The notes beneath the pieces were generated by a model, which was given only the letters and a program-made list of their open reading frames with translations, was not told the DNA's origin and made no database searches. Position numbers and translations under genes: made by a program. Shown here piece by piece: positions 1 through 13,956 of a stretch of DNA of 64,000 nucleotides (its first letter is position 1; every line of letters begins with the position of its first letter). Source of the DNA: Anaeramoeba ignava BMAN (taxonomy: Eukaryota; Protista; Anaeramoebae); contig JAPDFW010000125.1 of assembly GCA_028826165.1 (NCBI GenBank), positions 868,001 through 932,000 of the forward strand, in the 5' to 3' direction.

Positions 1-3000
1 GAATCAATTCTAAAAAAATAAATAAATTTTGAATATAAATTTTAAATAAATTTTAAATAAATTTTTAAATAAATTTTAAATAAATTTTGAATATAAATTT
101 TAAATAAATTTTGAATATAAATTTTAAATAAATTTTAAATAAAAAAGTGGAATAAATTTTATATAAATTTTTAAATAAATTTTTAATAAATTTTTAAATA
201 AATTTTGAATAAATTTTAAATAAATTTTAAATAAAAAAGTGGAATAAATTTTTAAATAAATTTTAAATAAATTTTAAATAAATTTTTGAATAAATAAATT
301 TTGAATAAAAAAGTGGAATAAATTTTAAATAATTTTTGAATAAAATTTAAATAAATTTTGAATATAAATTTTAAATAAAAAAGTGGAATAAATTTTAAAT
401 AAATTTTAAATAAAAAAGTGGAATAAAAAATTTTTTCTTTTATTTTATAATTTACTCATCTGGTGTGAAATTTGTTAATAATTCAGTAATTTGATGAAAT
501 GTAAGATTTGGACAAATTGATTCACAAATTTCAAATTTTGGTTTATCTTCAATAATTGCTTTATTCATAACAAGACAATCAGCAGATTGTCTAATATGAG
601 ATAATTGCTCTCTATTTTATAAATTATAATTTTGATTTTGATTTTGATTTTAATTTTGATTTTCAATTTTGATTTTTATTTTGATTTTGATTTTGATTTT
701 GATTTTGATTTTGATTTTGATTTTGATTTTGATTTTGATTTTGATTTTGATTTTGATTTTGATTTTGATTTTAATTTGAATTTTAATTTTGGTTTTAATT
801 TTGATTTGAATTTTAATTTTAATTTGAATTTTGATTTTATTTGAATTTTGATTTTATTTTGATTTTGATTTTAATTTTGATTTTCAATTTGATTTTGATT
901 TTGATTTTAATTTTGATTTTCAATTTGATTTTGATTTTGGTTTTAATTTTGATTTGAATTTTAATTTTAATTTGAATTTTGATTTTATTTTGATTTTGAT
1001 TTTAATTTTGATTTTGATTTTGATTTTGATTTTGATTTTAAATTGGATTTTGATTTTGATTTTGATTTTGATTTTGATTTTGATTTTGATTTTAATTTTG
1101 ATTTTAATTTTGATTTTAATTTTAATTTTAATTTTAATTTTAATTTTAATTTTAAATTTTGATTTTGATTTTAATTTTGATTTTGATTTTGATTTTAATT
1201 TTGATTTGGATTTTAATTTTGATTTTCATTTTAAATTAAGTTTTAAATGATTTTTAAATTAATTTTAAATTGAATTGAAAAAAAAAAATACTTTTGAGAA
1301 TCAAAACCAGCAGTATCAATCCATTGCTCAAGTTGAGAAATTGCTATTTTAATTTCTAAAGCATTACTTAAAGTGCAAAGATCTTTTCTTGAAAGTAAAG
1401 TATTAAAAAGTAGAGTATCGATAAAATATAAAGTCTGTTTAAGAAGAGAAGTAATTAAATCATTAGGTAAATGAAAAGAACGAGGAAGAGAAAGAAGTCT
1501 ATAAAGTTCATGAATAACTTTCAAAGGCGTATTTTCAGAAACAGAAGTTTTTGGATTGCGAATTCCAAGATTTTTGTTTGAAGATTGTTCAAGAAAAGCT
1601 TTAACACAAATGGGTCGAATTTTTTCAGTTGTGAAATCAACAAGTAAAGTGAAAATATGAAGGAAAACGAGATTGAGTTGGTTGTAGAAATTTGATTTTA
1701 AATCTAAATTGGAATCATTTATAGAAATTTCATCGTTTGAATTATTTGAATTATTAGGTTCTTCAAGTTGATTTTCTGCTTTTGGATCAACTTTCTCAAT
1801 TTTAACCAATAAATTCATAATGAATAATATATTTGATATAAACCATAATAATTGATGAGGTTCTTCTCGATTTTTTTCAACAAGAAGATTAAACGAATTG
1901 ACGATATGCTCTAAAAGATAAGAGCGTTCAGGATCATCGAATGCCTTTTGGTACTTCAAAAACTTGAATATTAAACAAGCAGGAACAGGAGATGTGTTTG
2001 AAAACAAAACTTCGCTAAAGAAAAGCACACGTTCAACAAGAAAAGTTTGACTTTGGAAAATATTCAAAATTTCGAGTTTGTTTTTGAACTCGTTTTGCGT
2101 ATTTTTCACTACCTCATTGAGCTGCTTTTTCTCTTGTTCGAGTTGTATTTTGAGCTCGTTTTCATGCTGCTGAGATGAAAGAACTTGCTCTTCAAGTTGG
2201 ATTTTGTAAAGATTTTCCAATTCTTGTTTTTCTTTCATGAAAATTTCCTCTTTTTGATTTAATTCAGATTTGAGTTTCTGAATTTTCACTTTTTTACTCT
2301 TCAGAATTTGTTGGTTTTCATCCATTTTGGATTTGGATTGCTGGTAAATACTTTGTGAAGAATCAATCTCATTTTGTTTTTCTTTGAGTAATTCTTCGTT
2401 TTCTTGCAAATTCTTTTCGCGTTGTAAAAACGCGTTTTCTTTTTGTTCAATTTCTTGTTGATGATTTGAGATCAGGATATTAAGTTTTTCCTTTTTTTTC
2501 TGAATCTTGGCTTCTTTCTCTTCAAGTTCCTTTTCTCGAATTTCAAGACTTTCTTGGTCTGTTTGCAATGTTTCTGTTTGATTTTGAAGCATTTTCTCGA
2601 TTACTGCTTGTTCTTGCTTTGTTTTTTCGACCATTTCCTTTTCTAACAAAATATTCTGTTCCATTTCTTGTTTTTCCTGTTGATAATTTTGCGTTTTCTT
2701 TTCAATTTCCGTTTTTTGTTCTTGAATTTCCTTGATCACAATCTTCAAAGTTTCTTGTAAATTTTGTGCTGGTTTTTGAGTGAAACTTTCAATATCTTTG
2801 CGCAAACTTTCTAGTATTTGAGATTCTTGATTTGATGAATTTTGCTGTTCTTGTAATTGATTTGCTAATGATTCCAATTTTTGTAAATTTTCTTGGTGCT
2901 GTTTTTCATGTATTTTGATAAGACTTTCCTTCTCAATTCTAAGTTGTTCAATTTGCGAATTTAGTTGATCTTTTTCTGAATTTAATTCATCAAGTTTTTT

Positions 3001-5482
3001 TTGAGTTTCCGTTTTTTCGGATTTATTATTCTTGATTGTTTTCTTCATTTCTTCCATTTCTTGATCTTTTTCTTCCATTTTTTTCTGGAGATTGTTCAAT
3101 TCAAGTGTTTGGATTTGGAGATTTTTTTGGAGTTGTGATTTGTTTTCTGTTGATTTCTTTTCTGAATCACTTGTTAAAATTTGGAGCTTTTGGATTTCTT
3201 CTTGATTTTTTTGGAGTTCCTTTTTTTGGGAAGTAATTTTATCCTTTTTCTTTTGGATTTTTTGTGTTAATTTTTGATTTTCTTCATTTAATTGGGATTT
3301 TTCGTTTTGGAGTTGATTTTGAATTTCTTTGAGTGTTGAAATTTGCTGCATTTTTTCATTTTCTTGATTTTGGTTTTGCTGGTTGATTAATAAGACTTTT
3401 GATGTATTTTGCTCTTCAATATTTTGGATATTTTGAGTGAGCTGTTGAATCTGATTCAATAAATCAGCTTTTTCATTTTCCATATTTACAATTTTGGAGG
3501 TATTTTCTTGCTTATTTTTTTGGATTTCCAAATTTAATGAGTTGATTTCCTGCTCCTTAAACAAAATTAATTTCTCTTTTTCTTCAATAGCATTTGCTTT
3601 CTGTTGAATTTCTTGTTTGTGATTGATTTTTAATTGGGATATTTCTTCTTTTTCATTGACAAGATCCTTTTGCAAAGTTGAGATTAACTCCTGCGATGAT
3701 TTTGATTGCAAATCAAGTTTTTCCTCGAGTTTTTTGTTTTTTTCCTTCAATAAATTGTGTTTCTCAACAATTTTTCTTTGCTCTTTTAGCAACGCTTCTG
3801 TTCTTTTCTTTTCAACATTTAATTGAATATTTGCTTCTTTTAAAGAAACTTCCATTTCACTAATTTTCTTAATCCATGATTCACTTGAATCATTATCCTT
3901 ATTGGCTTCCTTGTCTTGCAGAAGCTCGTTGAGCTTTTGCATCTCAGACATCATTACATTTGTTTTGTGAGTAAGATTTTCAATTTCTTTGTTTTTTTCT
4001 TGGTTTTTCATTGCCAATAATTGCTCAAGTTCGTATATTTTGTTTTGTTTTAATCGAATTTCTAAATCAAATTTTGTTGATAAAAGACCCTTTTCCTTCT
4101 CAAAATTACTCTGATTTTCTTGTGATTCTTTCTCCCTTAATTTATTTACTTCCGACATTTGGTTTTGCAAATCGGAAATTTCTTTTTGATAATTTTCAAT
4201 TTGTTTTTCGAAATTTTGTTTTGATTTGAATTGATTTTCTTTTAATTCTTGGTTTTCTGTTTTGAGTTGAGAAACAAATTCAGGGTTAATTTGGTTTGAA
4301 GGATCTTGGGATAAATTGTTAATTTTCTTTTTTAATTCTTCATTTTCTTGTTGAATTGAATTGAAATTTTTGAGTTTATTTTCAAGTTGTCTAATTTGAT
4401 TTCGATACTTTTTTTTTTTTAAAAGAAAAAAAAAATTTAATCAAAAAAAAAAGTGGAACAAAAAAAAAAATTTTCTTTTCCGTTATTTTTTTTAAATTTC
4501 TTACTTGAACAATTTTAGCTTTAAGTTCACGATCTTGATAATGATGAGGAATATTAACCTTAATTTTAAAAGAAAAGAAAAGAAAAAAGAAATTAAAAAA
4601 ATAAATTAAAAAAATAAATTATAAAAATGAGTTTATCAAAAAAGATCGAAAATAAAAAAAACAATCACCATTGCATCATTTTTGAACTGTTCTTTAAGAG
4701 TAGTCGACTCATCTATTTTATCCATTTCGGGGACATTAACTGAATTTATAAACTCAGAATCGGAGTCGGAAATAACAGTAGAACGAATAGAAAAATCTTC
4801 GTAATCTTCTTCAGTCATACTTGAGTTTTTGCGGGCGTTTTTGAGCTCGAGTTGTGAGTCTTGGTTTTCTTTGGGGGTTTGTCGAATTTCTGGATTTGTT
4901 CGACAATTTCAAAGACGCCTAAAAGTGGAGGTGCATGTTCGATATTACCTTCTTTTAGCAGAAAGCACAACAAGATTTTGGGTTTGTGCTCATGCTTCTT
5001 ATCGTTCTTAATCATTAGAGAATATTCCTTTACTAAGGCTTTGGGTTCTCCATAAAAGGGGGAGATATTTGTTTGCAATTTGGCGATTACTGAAGGCTTT
5101 TGTTTTGATAAACCTTCTCGTTCCTGCAGTTATGAAAACAAAAGCATTAGTTTGTGAATTGTTGTTTTTGGGTTATTTAGAGCTTGTTTTATTTTCCACT
5201 TCAAATGCTATTTTAACTTACAACTTGTATTTCCATTTTCAAAATTTTTGGATCAAATTTTTTTGTTTTTTTATCTTGAAATAAATTCGACTGAATTTTG
5301 AACTCTTCATTAAATTTGGCTGACCCATTTGTACTTAACAACACTTTTTTCGTTGTTCCTTGTTGCTCTCCTCGTTTCCATTTTATCGAAATTTTTCCTT
5401 CACGAAGAGCTAAATCAGAAACGGAAATAATTGCACATGAAAAAACTGCTTGAATTTTTTTCTTTCCTTGATGTTTAAACAT
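1..5482 (-). CDS. Multi-exon protein: N-terminal NT-type C2 domain, long coiled coil, C-terminal DIL (dilute) domain; 3' end runs out of the window
   Basis: Exon 1 (ATG at 5482) reads ISIKWKRG...AKFNEEFKIQSNLFQDKKTKKFDPKILKMEIQ, typical of NT-C2. GT-AG introns link it to the 1243..4170 coiled-coil ORF (acceptor at 4408 is in frame). LLFNTLLSRKDLCTLSNALEIKIAISQLEQW plus exon 611-456 (LSHIRQSADCLVMNK...CPNLTFHQITELLTNFTPDE) form a DIL domain. The next exon starts at 9. One apparent frameshift near 4820-4900. Confidence 0.8.
612..1291. repeat. Intronic (TTTTGA/TTTTAA)n microsatellite
   Basis: Fills a GT-AG intron of the DIL-domain gene. Confidence 0.9.
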
Positions 5483-5726
5483 TTTATTTTTCCAAATTAA
5501 ATTTTAAAAGAATAAAGATTGAAAAATGAAAAATGAAAAATCAAAAAAAAATCCAAAACAAAAATACAAAAAAAGCGAAAAGAAAAAATTTTTCCTTTTT
5601 TAATTTTTTGATTTATATTTTGATTTTAATTTTGATTTTAATTTTAATTTTGATTTTGATTTTAATTTTAATTTTAATTTTGATTTTAATTTTAATTTTA
5701 ATTTTAATTTGAATTTTATTTTAATT

Positions 5727-7560
5727 TTAATTATTAAATTTATTAATTAATAAATCAAATAAATTTGGATTTGTTTGATTTAATTGTAAATAATCAATTC
5801 CTATTTGAATTTCTTCAATTATTTCTTGTGTAATTTGAATTTCTTCTTTAATTTGATTTGAATAAATCCAATATTCTAATATTTGAAATGATTTATTACT
5901 TAATTCACTATAATCTGTAACTTTATTAGATTTATCTTCAGTTACAGATAAAAACATTCCTCGATATAATTCACTTCTCATTATTAATATTAATTTTGGA
6001 AATTTATATTGTTTTTCTTTTCTTTCAATTATAAAATCTTTTTCATTTTCATTTTCATTTTCATTTAAATAAATTCTTTTAATTGTTTCTTCAATTTTTT
6101 CATTTGAATTTATAATTTCTTTAATTTCAGAATATAATTTTGGATTTATTTTGGAATTGTTTGAATAAATCATTTCAAATATTTGATTTGATTCTTTAAT
6201 TGATTTTTTTGAAATAATTTCTTGAAGTTTTTCAATTTGATTTTGATTTTGTTTTAATCTATATTTCAATATTAATTTATGAGCTTCAATTATTTCTCCA
6301 TTTTTGGTTTTAAATGAAATATCACAAAATTCTTTTCTTCTAAATAATTTTATCAAATCTTCTTCAAGATTGGAAAAAGAAGGAGAATAATAAAGAAATG
6401 ATTTGAAATCTCCACAAGAAATATGATAATTAGAAATATTTTCATTAAATCTTAATTTAGGAAGTTTAATTTGAATAAGAGTTGATTGACACCAATATGT
6501 AGTTCCAGCTTCTAATTCACCATAAAAATTATCTCCAAATTCTATTAATTTTGATTTGAATGTTAAAATCAAAGTATGAGCATATCCACAAGAAATTTCA
6601 AGAATATTATCATAATCATTTTCAAATAAATATGATTTGATTTCAGTAAATTTATAAATATTTTGATATTTGCCAAGTCCATTATATAGATGATTTCCAC
6701 ATGAATAAAGTTTTCTTTTTTGATTTTCATTTTGATTTTGATTTTCAATCAACATTATTGAATGAAACATTCCACATTGAATATCAATTATTTTGCCTTT
6801 TGGAATATTTTGGATTTTGGTTAATTTATGGATTTCTGCTTCTTCTTTTCTTGATTTTCCTAATCCAATTTGATTATCTTCATTATTTCCGCATCCAAAT
6901 AATTCTTGATTTGAATTTAAAATAAAAACATGATTTGAAGAATTTCCTGAAAATATTTTAGAAACATTTTTCATCATTAAAATTGGTTTTTGTGTTTCTT
7001 CAAGTGTTTCAGAATCAAAACCAAGTTGACCATATTTATTTGAACCAATTCCATAAACATTATGATTTGAAGTTAATAAATAAATTGAACCATCTCCAGA
7101 AACAATATCTTGAATTATTCTATCATTTGTATCTTCAATTAATAATGAAATATTGATAAATTCATTTAGATTTTCTGAACTAATATTATATCCTTTGGCA
7201 AATACATTTCCTTCTAACGTTAAAATTGCTTCATTATGATAACCAACAGATACTTTTTGAATATTTTCTTCAATTTGGATTTTTGAAGGATTTTGTTTTG
7301 AATTATTTTGATTTAAATATTCTACTGCTTTTCCATTTTTAAAAAGGAAAATTGTTGAGAAACCTCCTGATGAAATTTGTTTAATTTGTTTTTCATTTTC
7401 AATTTCATTTTCATTTTCATTTTCATTTTCATTTTCAATTTCATTTTCATTTTCATTTTCATTTTCAAATTTTAAATTGAATTGGTTTTTTTATTATTTC
7501 TGGTTTATTTTTGATAAGTTTTGGATTTTTATTTAAACCAAAAAATATAATTTCATTCAT
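5727..7560 (-). CDS. RCC1-repeat + BTB domain protein, copy 1 (intronless; +1 frameshift at ~7470)
   Basis: Near-identical to 7646..9409. ATG at 7560 (MNEIIFFG). One extra A in tttAAAAtttgaa at ~7470 breaks the frame, which is then open through the 5727..6977 ORF. RCC1 motifs (GNNEDNQIGLG, ISCGYAHTLIL) and BTB motif (FCDISF...AHKLILKYR). Confidence 0.8.
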
Positions 7561-7645
7561 TTTTAAAAAGAAAAAAATGAAAAAATAATTTTAAATTTTA
7601 ATTTTGATTTTAATTTTAATTTTAATTTTAATTTTAATTTTAATT

Positions 7646-9409
7646 TTAATTATTAAATTTTTTAATTAATAAATCAAATAAATTTGGATTTGTTTGATTT
7701 AATTGAAAATAATCAATTCCAATTTCTAATTCATCAATTATTTCTTGTGTAATTTGAATTTCATCTTTAATTTGATTTGAATAAATCCAATATTCAAATA
7801 TTTGAAATGATTTATTACTTAATTCACTATAATCTGTAACTTTATTAGAAGTATCATTTGTTACAGATAAAAACATTCCTCGATATAATTCACTTCTCAT
7901 TATTAATATTAATTTTGGAAATTTATATTTCTTTTCTTTTCTTTCAATTATAAAATCTTTTTCATTTTCATTTTCATTTAAATAAATTCTTTTCATTGTT
8001 TCTTCAATTTTTTCATTTGAATTTATAATTTCTTTAATTTCAGAATATAATTCTGGATTTATTATTCTGTTTGAATAAATCATTTCAAATATTTGATTTG
8101 ATTCTTTAATTGATTTTTTTGAAATAATTTCTTGAAGTTTTTCAATTTGATTTTGATTTTGTTTTAATCTATATTTCAATATTAATTTATGAGCTTTGAT
8201 TATTTCTCCATTTTTTGTTTTAAATGAAATATCACAAAATTCTTTTCTTCTAAATAGTTTTATCAAATCTTCTTCAAGATTGGAATAAGAAGGAGGAGAA
8301 TAATAAAGAAATGATCTTTGATTTGCACAAGAAATATGATAATTAGAAATATTTTCATTAAATCTTAATTTAGGAAGTTCAATTTGAATTGGAATTAATT
8401 GATTATTTGTATCTCCAGTTCCTAACTGACTATAAGAATTATTTCCAAATCCAATTAATTTTGATTTGGAAGTTAAAATCAAAGTATGTTCATGCCCAAT
8501 AGAAAAATCAAGAATATTATCATCATTTTCAAATAAAGATGATTTGATTTCAGTAAATTCATAAGTATTTTCATTTTTGCCAAGTCCATTATATTGATAA
8601 TCTCCACATGAATAAAGTTTTCTTTTTGGATTTTCATTTTCATTTTCAATTAACATTATTGAATGAGACATTCCACATTGAATATCAATTATTTTGCCTT
8701 TTGGAATATTTTGGATTTTGGTTAATTTTTGGATTGTTTCTTTTCTTGATTTTCCTAATCCAAGTTGACCATTTCTATTATTTCCGCATCCAAATAATTC
8801 TTGATTTGAATTTAAAAGAAAAACATGATCTGAAGAATTTCCTGAAAATATTTTAGAAACATTTTTCATCATTAAAATTGGTTTATCTGTTTCTTCAAGT
8901 GTTTCAGAATCAAAACCAAGTTGACCATGATCATTTGAACCAATTCCATAAGCATTTTGATTTGAAGTTAATAAATAAACTGCGCAATATCCAGAAGCAA
9001 TATCTTTGATTACTCTATCATTTGTATCTTCAATTAATGATGAAATATTGATGATTTTAGATGTATCAATATCTTTTCCTTGAGCAAATACATTTCCTTC
9101 TTTTGTTAAAATAGCTTCATTTCCCTCACCAGAAGTTACTTTTTGAATATTTTCTTCAATTTGGATTTTTGAAGGATTTTGATTTGAATCATTTTCATCT
9201 AAATATTCTACTGCTTCACCATTTTTAAAAAGGAAAAATGCTGCAAAATAACCTGCTAAAACTTGTTTAATTTGTTTTTCATTTTCATTTTCATTTTCAT
9301 TTTCATTTTCAAATTTAAGTTTAAATTGAATTGGTTTTGTTATTATATCTGGTTTATTTTCGATAAGTTTTGGCATTATATTTTCACCAAAATATAAAAC
9401 TTCATTCAT
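7646..9409 (-). CDS. RCC1-repeat + BTB domain protein, copy 2 (intact, intronless, 587 aa)
   Basis: RCC1 repeats (GSNDHGQLG, GNNRNGQLGLG, GNNSYSQLGTG) followed by BTB-like motifs (FCDISFKT...AHKLILKYR; ILIMRSELYRGMF...FEYWIYSN). Confidence 0.9.
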   Translation of the reverse strand: MNEVLYFGENIMPKLIENKPDIITKPIQFKLKFENENENENENEKQIKQVLAGYFAAFFLFKNGEAVEYLDENDSNQNPSKIQIEENIQKVTSGEGNEAILTKEGNVFAQGKDIDTSKIINISSLIEDTNDRVIKDIASGYCAVYLLTSNQNAYGIGSNDHGQLGFDSETLEETDKPILMMKNVSKIFSGNSSDHVFLLNSNQELFGCGNNRNGQLGLGKSRKETIQKLTKIQNIPKGKIIDIQCGMSHSIMLIENENENPKRKLYSCGDYQYNGLGKNENTYEFTEIKSSLFENDDNILDFSIGHEHTLILTSKSKLIGFGNNSYSQLGTGDTNNQLIPIQIELPKLRFNENISNYHISCANQRSFLYYSPPSYSNLEEDLIKLFRRKEFCDISFKTKNGEIIKAHKLILKYRLKQNQNQIEKLQEIISKKSIKESNQIFEMIYSNRIINPELYSEIKEIINSNEKIEETMKRIYLNENENEKDFIIERKEKKYKFPKLILIMRSELYRGMFLSVTNDTSNKVTDYSELSNKSFQIFEYWIYSNQIKDEIQITQEIIDELEIGIDYFQLNQTNPNLFDLLIKKFNN

Positions 9410-9444
9410 TTTTAAAAAAGAAAAAAATGAAAAAATGAAAAAAA

Positions 9445-11525
9445 TTAAAACAATTTTCTTGATTTTTTGATTTTGACTTTTTTTCCAATTTGGTAAATTT
9501 CTTTCAACATTCTAAAGTAATATTTGCTTCTAAAGAAATTCAAATATTGGTCATTTGACATGAGTTCATAAATTTGTTTTTCAGCAGCATCAAATAATTG
9601 AGGGTTTGGAATTCTTCTAATCTTTTTTAACTGCTGAGCAATTCTTCTTCTAACATCACCTGAAATATTGACTTGTTTGTTTGATTCATCCTCAATAAAC
9701 GTTTGCGATATCAAATTCGCATAACGGATTGCAATTTCATTCTCTCCCAAAATGCATAATTGTTTGAACTTATTCACACTGAACCAAAATAGTACGTTTT
9801 CTTCATTATGTTCATTTGATGAAAATTCAACTAAATATTTCATATATCGATCAATAAAAATTTGCAACTCAAACAAAATGGATGATTCGGTTAGATAAAT
9901 CATCTCGTTTTTGAGATTGCTATTATTATGAGTGCCGCTGTTGCTATTTTTCCTTGGATTTGATTTCCTCGAACTATTTCTTTTTTGATTCTGTTTTTTA
10001 TGTCTTTTTTTTCGCTTTTTTTCTTCCATCACTTTTTTCTCTCTTTCCTTTTCTTCCTCTTCAAGTTGCCTTAATATTTCCGCTTGTCTCATCATTTCGT
10101 TTGGATGATCACTTTGGATTTCATATTGTTGATTTAATTTTCCTTGTCGATTTCCAAATGGTTCTTCATACGAAAAAAACCGATTTTGATTTTTGAAAAA
10201 TGATTGAGACGTGCTTAACGAAGTTTGGAGCGGTTGCGGTTGCGGTTGGATTTGGGGAACGCGAAAACTAAACGTCTTCGCAAAATTCGACTGCGTTGCT
10301 TTAAACTCTTCCGCTTTGCTTTTGTCTCGATCGATTTTTATTCTGTCTAATCGAAGAGACAATACTCTTGATGGTCCTTGTTGGATTTGCTTTTTTTTCA
10401 TTGATCTGAATAACGACCAAACTGAAAATCTCTTTTTCATTTGAACTGGTTTTTTCGGTGTTGTGTTTGCTTTTTTCGGTCTTGTTTTTTTTGCCGTTTT
10501 TTTCGGCGTTTTTTTGGTATTTTTTTTTGACGTTTTTTTTCCGTTATTTTTTGGTTCTTCTTTTTTTTCCAAATTTTCCTTTTTGATATCTTGATTATTC
10601 ATTTTGACTTCATTTTTTGTTGGTTTTTGTTCATTTTTTTCAGTAGATTCATTGTTTTTGAACTGGTGAATAATATTTGTAACATTTGATAAAGGTGAAA
10701 TATTTCTTGTTTTTTTTTTGCGTTCTAAAAAAAAGTTTTCATTTACAGATTGATTTTTTTTGAGTTTTTCTTTTAGTTTTTCTTTTGGTTTTTCTTTTAT
10801 TTTTTTCTGTTCATTTTTTTTTGGTTTTTTCTGTTCATTTTTTTTTGTTATTCCAACTTTTTGTTGAAAAATGGAAAGAATAATATTTTCTTTGATTTCT
10901 TGACATCTTGTGTCTAAAATTGGTTTTAATTTAAATTCTTTATCTTTTTTATCAATATTTCCATCAGTTCTTTTTTAATTTTAAATTGATTTTAATTTTT
11001 AATTTATAAATTAATTTTAATTTATTCTTTTTTTTTTTTTTTTTACTGTTTAAATATTCTTTGAAGATCTGGATGTTTTGAAGCTCCAATTTTAGAATTT
11101 AGTATAAAATTTAAACTAATTGATCTTTTGGCTTTTTCAGGTTTTGATTCAAGAACGACTTTTTAATTAAAAAATCAATTTAAAATTTTTAATTCAAAAA
11201 ATTTCAATTCAAAAAATTTTTAATTCGAAAAATTCTTAATTCGAAAAATTCTTCGTTTTTTTTTACCTTCTTCCCATTGTTGTTTGCTATTTTCAATTGG
11301 TTTTTCATTCATTTTCTTTCGTGTTTTTTCCATTTCTTCTATTTTTTGTGATTTTTGTATTTTTTCTTTTTTCTCAATTTCAATTTGTAATTTTTTTATA
11401 ACTAAATTTTGTTCTGTATTTTCTTTTTGTAATTTTCTTAATTTTTCAATAAGTTCTTGTCTTTTTTTTGAAATTGCTATTTGTTTTTTGATAAAATTTG
11501 AATTGAATTGATTTTTTAAATTCAT
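9445..11525 (-). CDS. RGS (regulator of G-protein signalling) domain protein with N-terminal coiled coil; 3 exons
   Basis: C-terminal RGS motifs (EHNEENVLFW, VNISGDVR, LFDAAEKQIYELMSNDQYLNFFRSKYY). The 11220..11525 ORF splices (GAA G|gtaaaa; aag|TC GTT CTT; CA|gtaaaa; aag|A ACT at 10969) into a frame that I read as open and continuous with the 9445..10602 ORF. Confidence 0.8.
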
Positions 11526-11604
11526 TTTATTTGATTAAAAGAAAGTGAAAAAAAAAAATGAATTTGAAAAAAATGAATTTTAAAAAAAATTTGGAAAAAT
11601 GATT

Positions 11605-13510
11605 TTAAATGAAATGAGTCTCAAGTTCATCAACAACCCATTTATAATAAGAACCAGCTAAATAACTCTTTGCTTCTTTTGATCCTTGTATAATTCCATT
11701 AGGCAGATTATAAGTAGCTCCAAAATTCGAATAACCAGGTTGTAAATTAGAATTTAAGGAAAAATCTGCTTCTCCAAAATAAGTTCCCCAATCTTTATTA
11801 TAAAAAATAGCTTTGGTTTCCTTTGTGTTTTTGATTGGGAATTTTTCTGGTTTGCGATCTCCTTTATCATTTCTTAATGAGAAAATAAATGCATTTGAAT
11901 CACGAATGAAATCTTGAGGAAAAGTATGTAATCTTGAATATTTTGATTTATCTTTTGTAAATCCAACTTCAGTAAATCCTCCAAAAATATAATTATCTTT
12001 TGTTTTGATAATAACTAATGTTTTTCCTTTTCCATCACAAATATCATGCCATTTATAACAATCAAATCCATCTCTTTTGGCTGAAAATCCTTTTTTCATT
12101 TTAAAAAAGAAATCATCATCATTTATCCACTCTCTTAATTTCTTAGCATATTCAATATCTTGAATAATTTCTGAATCTGAAACAAAGGGAGTTGTTTGAT
12201 CATTGGATTCGGTCTCTTTTTCTTTGCCAAATCCTGACATCAAATTTTGGATCAACTCATTTTGCTCTTCAATATCGTCATATTTCGATCCCAATTCATA
12301 TAATAATTTTTCATTTTCCGATTTTAAATTTTCATTCTCCTTTTTTTGTTTTTCATTTTCAGATTTCAGATTTTCATTTTCAGATTTCAGATTTTGATCT
12401 TGATTTTCTTTGATTTTTTTCATTTTCTTCCTTTCTTTCCTCAAATGATGATTTAAGATTTTGAATTTCTTCCTCTTTTTGTTTCAGGATCTTCTCTTTA
12501 TTCTCCTTTCTTTGTTTTTCATTTTCAGATTTCAAATTCATAATTTCCTTTCCTTGTTTTTCAATTTCCTCTTTTTGTTTTTGATTTTCTGATTCAAATG
12601 ATTTGATTCTTTTATCTCTTCTTTCAATTTTCTTTTCTTTCTCTTGAATTTGTTTATCTTTTTGATTGATTCTCTTTTCCTTTTCTTGATCTTGAATTTC
12701 AAAAATAGTTCTTTCAAAATTAATTAAAAAAGAATTTGGAAGAAAAAACTCGAATTGATTTAATTTATCAAAATCTTGTTTTGAAATTGAATCTTTATCA
12801 AATAATGAAAAAAAAGAATGAAATAATCTTTTCTTTGCATTCGCTTGGTTCTTAAATTTCCTTAATCTTAATGATTCAACTCTTTTCTCAATCCAATTAT
12901 TTAAAAATTGAAAAAAATCAAATTGAAAAATTTCTTTTTTTTCTTGTTTAAATTGAATAAATTTGATAATTTCTTCTTTAGTTAAATTGAATAAATTCTC
13001 ATTATTCTGAATTTGGGAAAAATTTTGATTTATTAATTCAAAACATTTCATCTCAATTTCTTTTAATTTTAAATTTCGATTTTGGAATAAAAATTGGAAA
13101 AAATTTGAATAATTAATTGAATTTGAAATTTTTTTTTGAATAATTTCTTTCAATAAATTTAATTTAAAATAAATTGAAATTTCCAATAATTCGAGAAGAT
13201 TTTCTTTATTCTCAAAAGAAATATTTCCATAATAAATATAACTCAAAATTGATTCCATTTCTTTTTTATTAAATTGATTTAAAGAAATAGAAAGAGATTC
13301 TTGCCTTAAAAACTTATTAAAAAAAGGAGATCTTGAACATAAAATTGATTTATGAACTTTAATTTCAAAAGGATTTGATTTATTCTCAACAAAAATTGAA
13401 AAATCTTTAAATGAATTTTCTTTTAAAAGGTTTGAATAATCTTCAATTAAATTTTTTGTTACTTTTTTTTCTAAATTTTTCATTTCGTTTTCATTCTTAT
13501 TCTTCTTCAT
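11605..13510 (-). CDS. BTB/BACK-like + coiled-coil + TLDc domain protein (intronless; +1 frameshift at ~12414-12420)
   Basis: BTB motif (FKDFSIFV...VHKSILCSRSPFF) and TLDc motifs (FSAKRDGF...CDGKGKTLVIIKTKDNYIFGGFT...VDELETHFI) lie in two overlapping ORFs. Removing one A from a 7-A run joins them. Confidence 0.8.
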
Positions 13511-13676
13511 TTTTGTTTTTAAAAAGAGAAAGAAAAATGAAAAATAAAAAATAATTAATTAAATTAAATAAAAAATTAAATAAAAATTAATTAAAGGAAG
13601 GCAAAAAAAAAATGAATAAAAAAAGTGGATTTTGAAAATAAATAAAAATATTGAAATGAGAATAAATCTAATATTC

Positions 13677-13922
13677 AAAACAATAAATTATTATTTCAAT
13701 AATAGAATTAAATATTAAATTATATTTTTAAATTAATTTATAAATTAAATATTAAATTAAAGTTATTCTCATTTTTTTATATTTTTATGTTTAATATTTA
13801 AATAATAAAAAATTTAATTCTAAAACAATAAATTATTATTTCAATAATATAATTAAATATTAAATTATATTTTTAAATTAATTTATAAATTAAATATTAA
13901 ATTAAATCTATTCTCATTTTTT
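13677..13922. repeat. Direct repeat of ~100 bp with ~145-bp period (intergenic)
   Basis: aaacaataaattattatttcaataat...taaattaaatattaaattaaa..tattctcatttttt occurs at ~13677 and ~13822. Confidence 0.7.
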
Positions 13923-13956
13923 TTATTTTGATTATGGAAAATTTGAAAAAATGATT

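Noticed and set aside
13650-13925. MITE suggested by the aaatgagaata/tattctcattt inverted repeat
   Set aside because: Only ~11 bp in very AT-rich DNA, with no clear target-site duplication and no second copy in the window.
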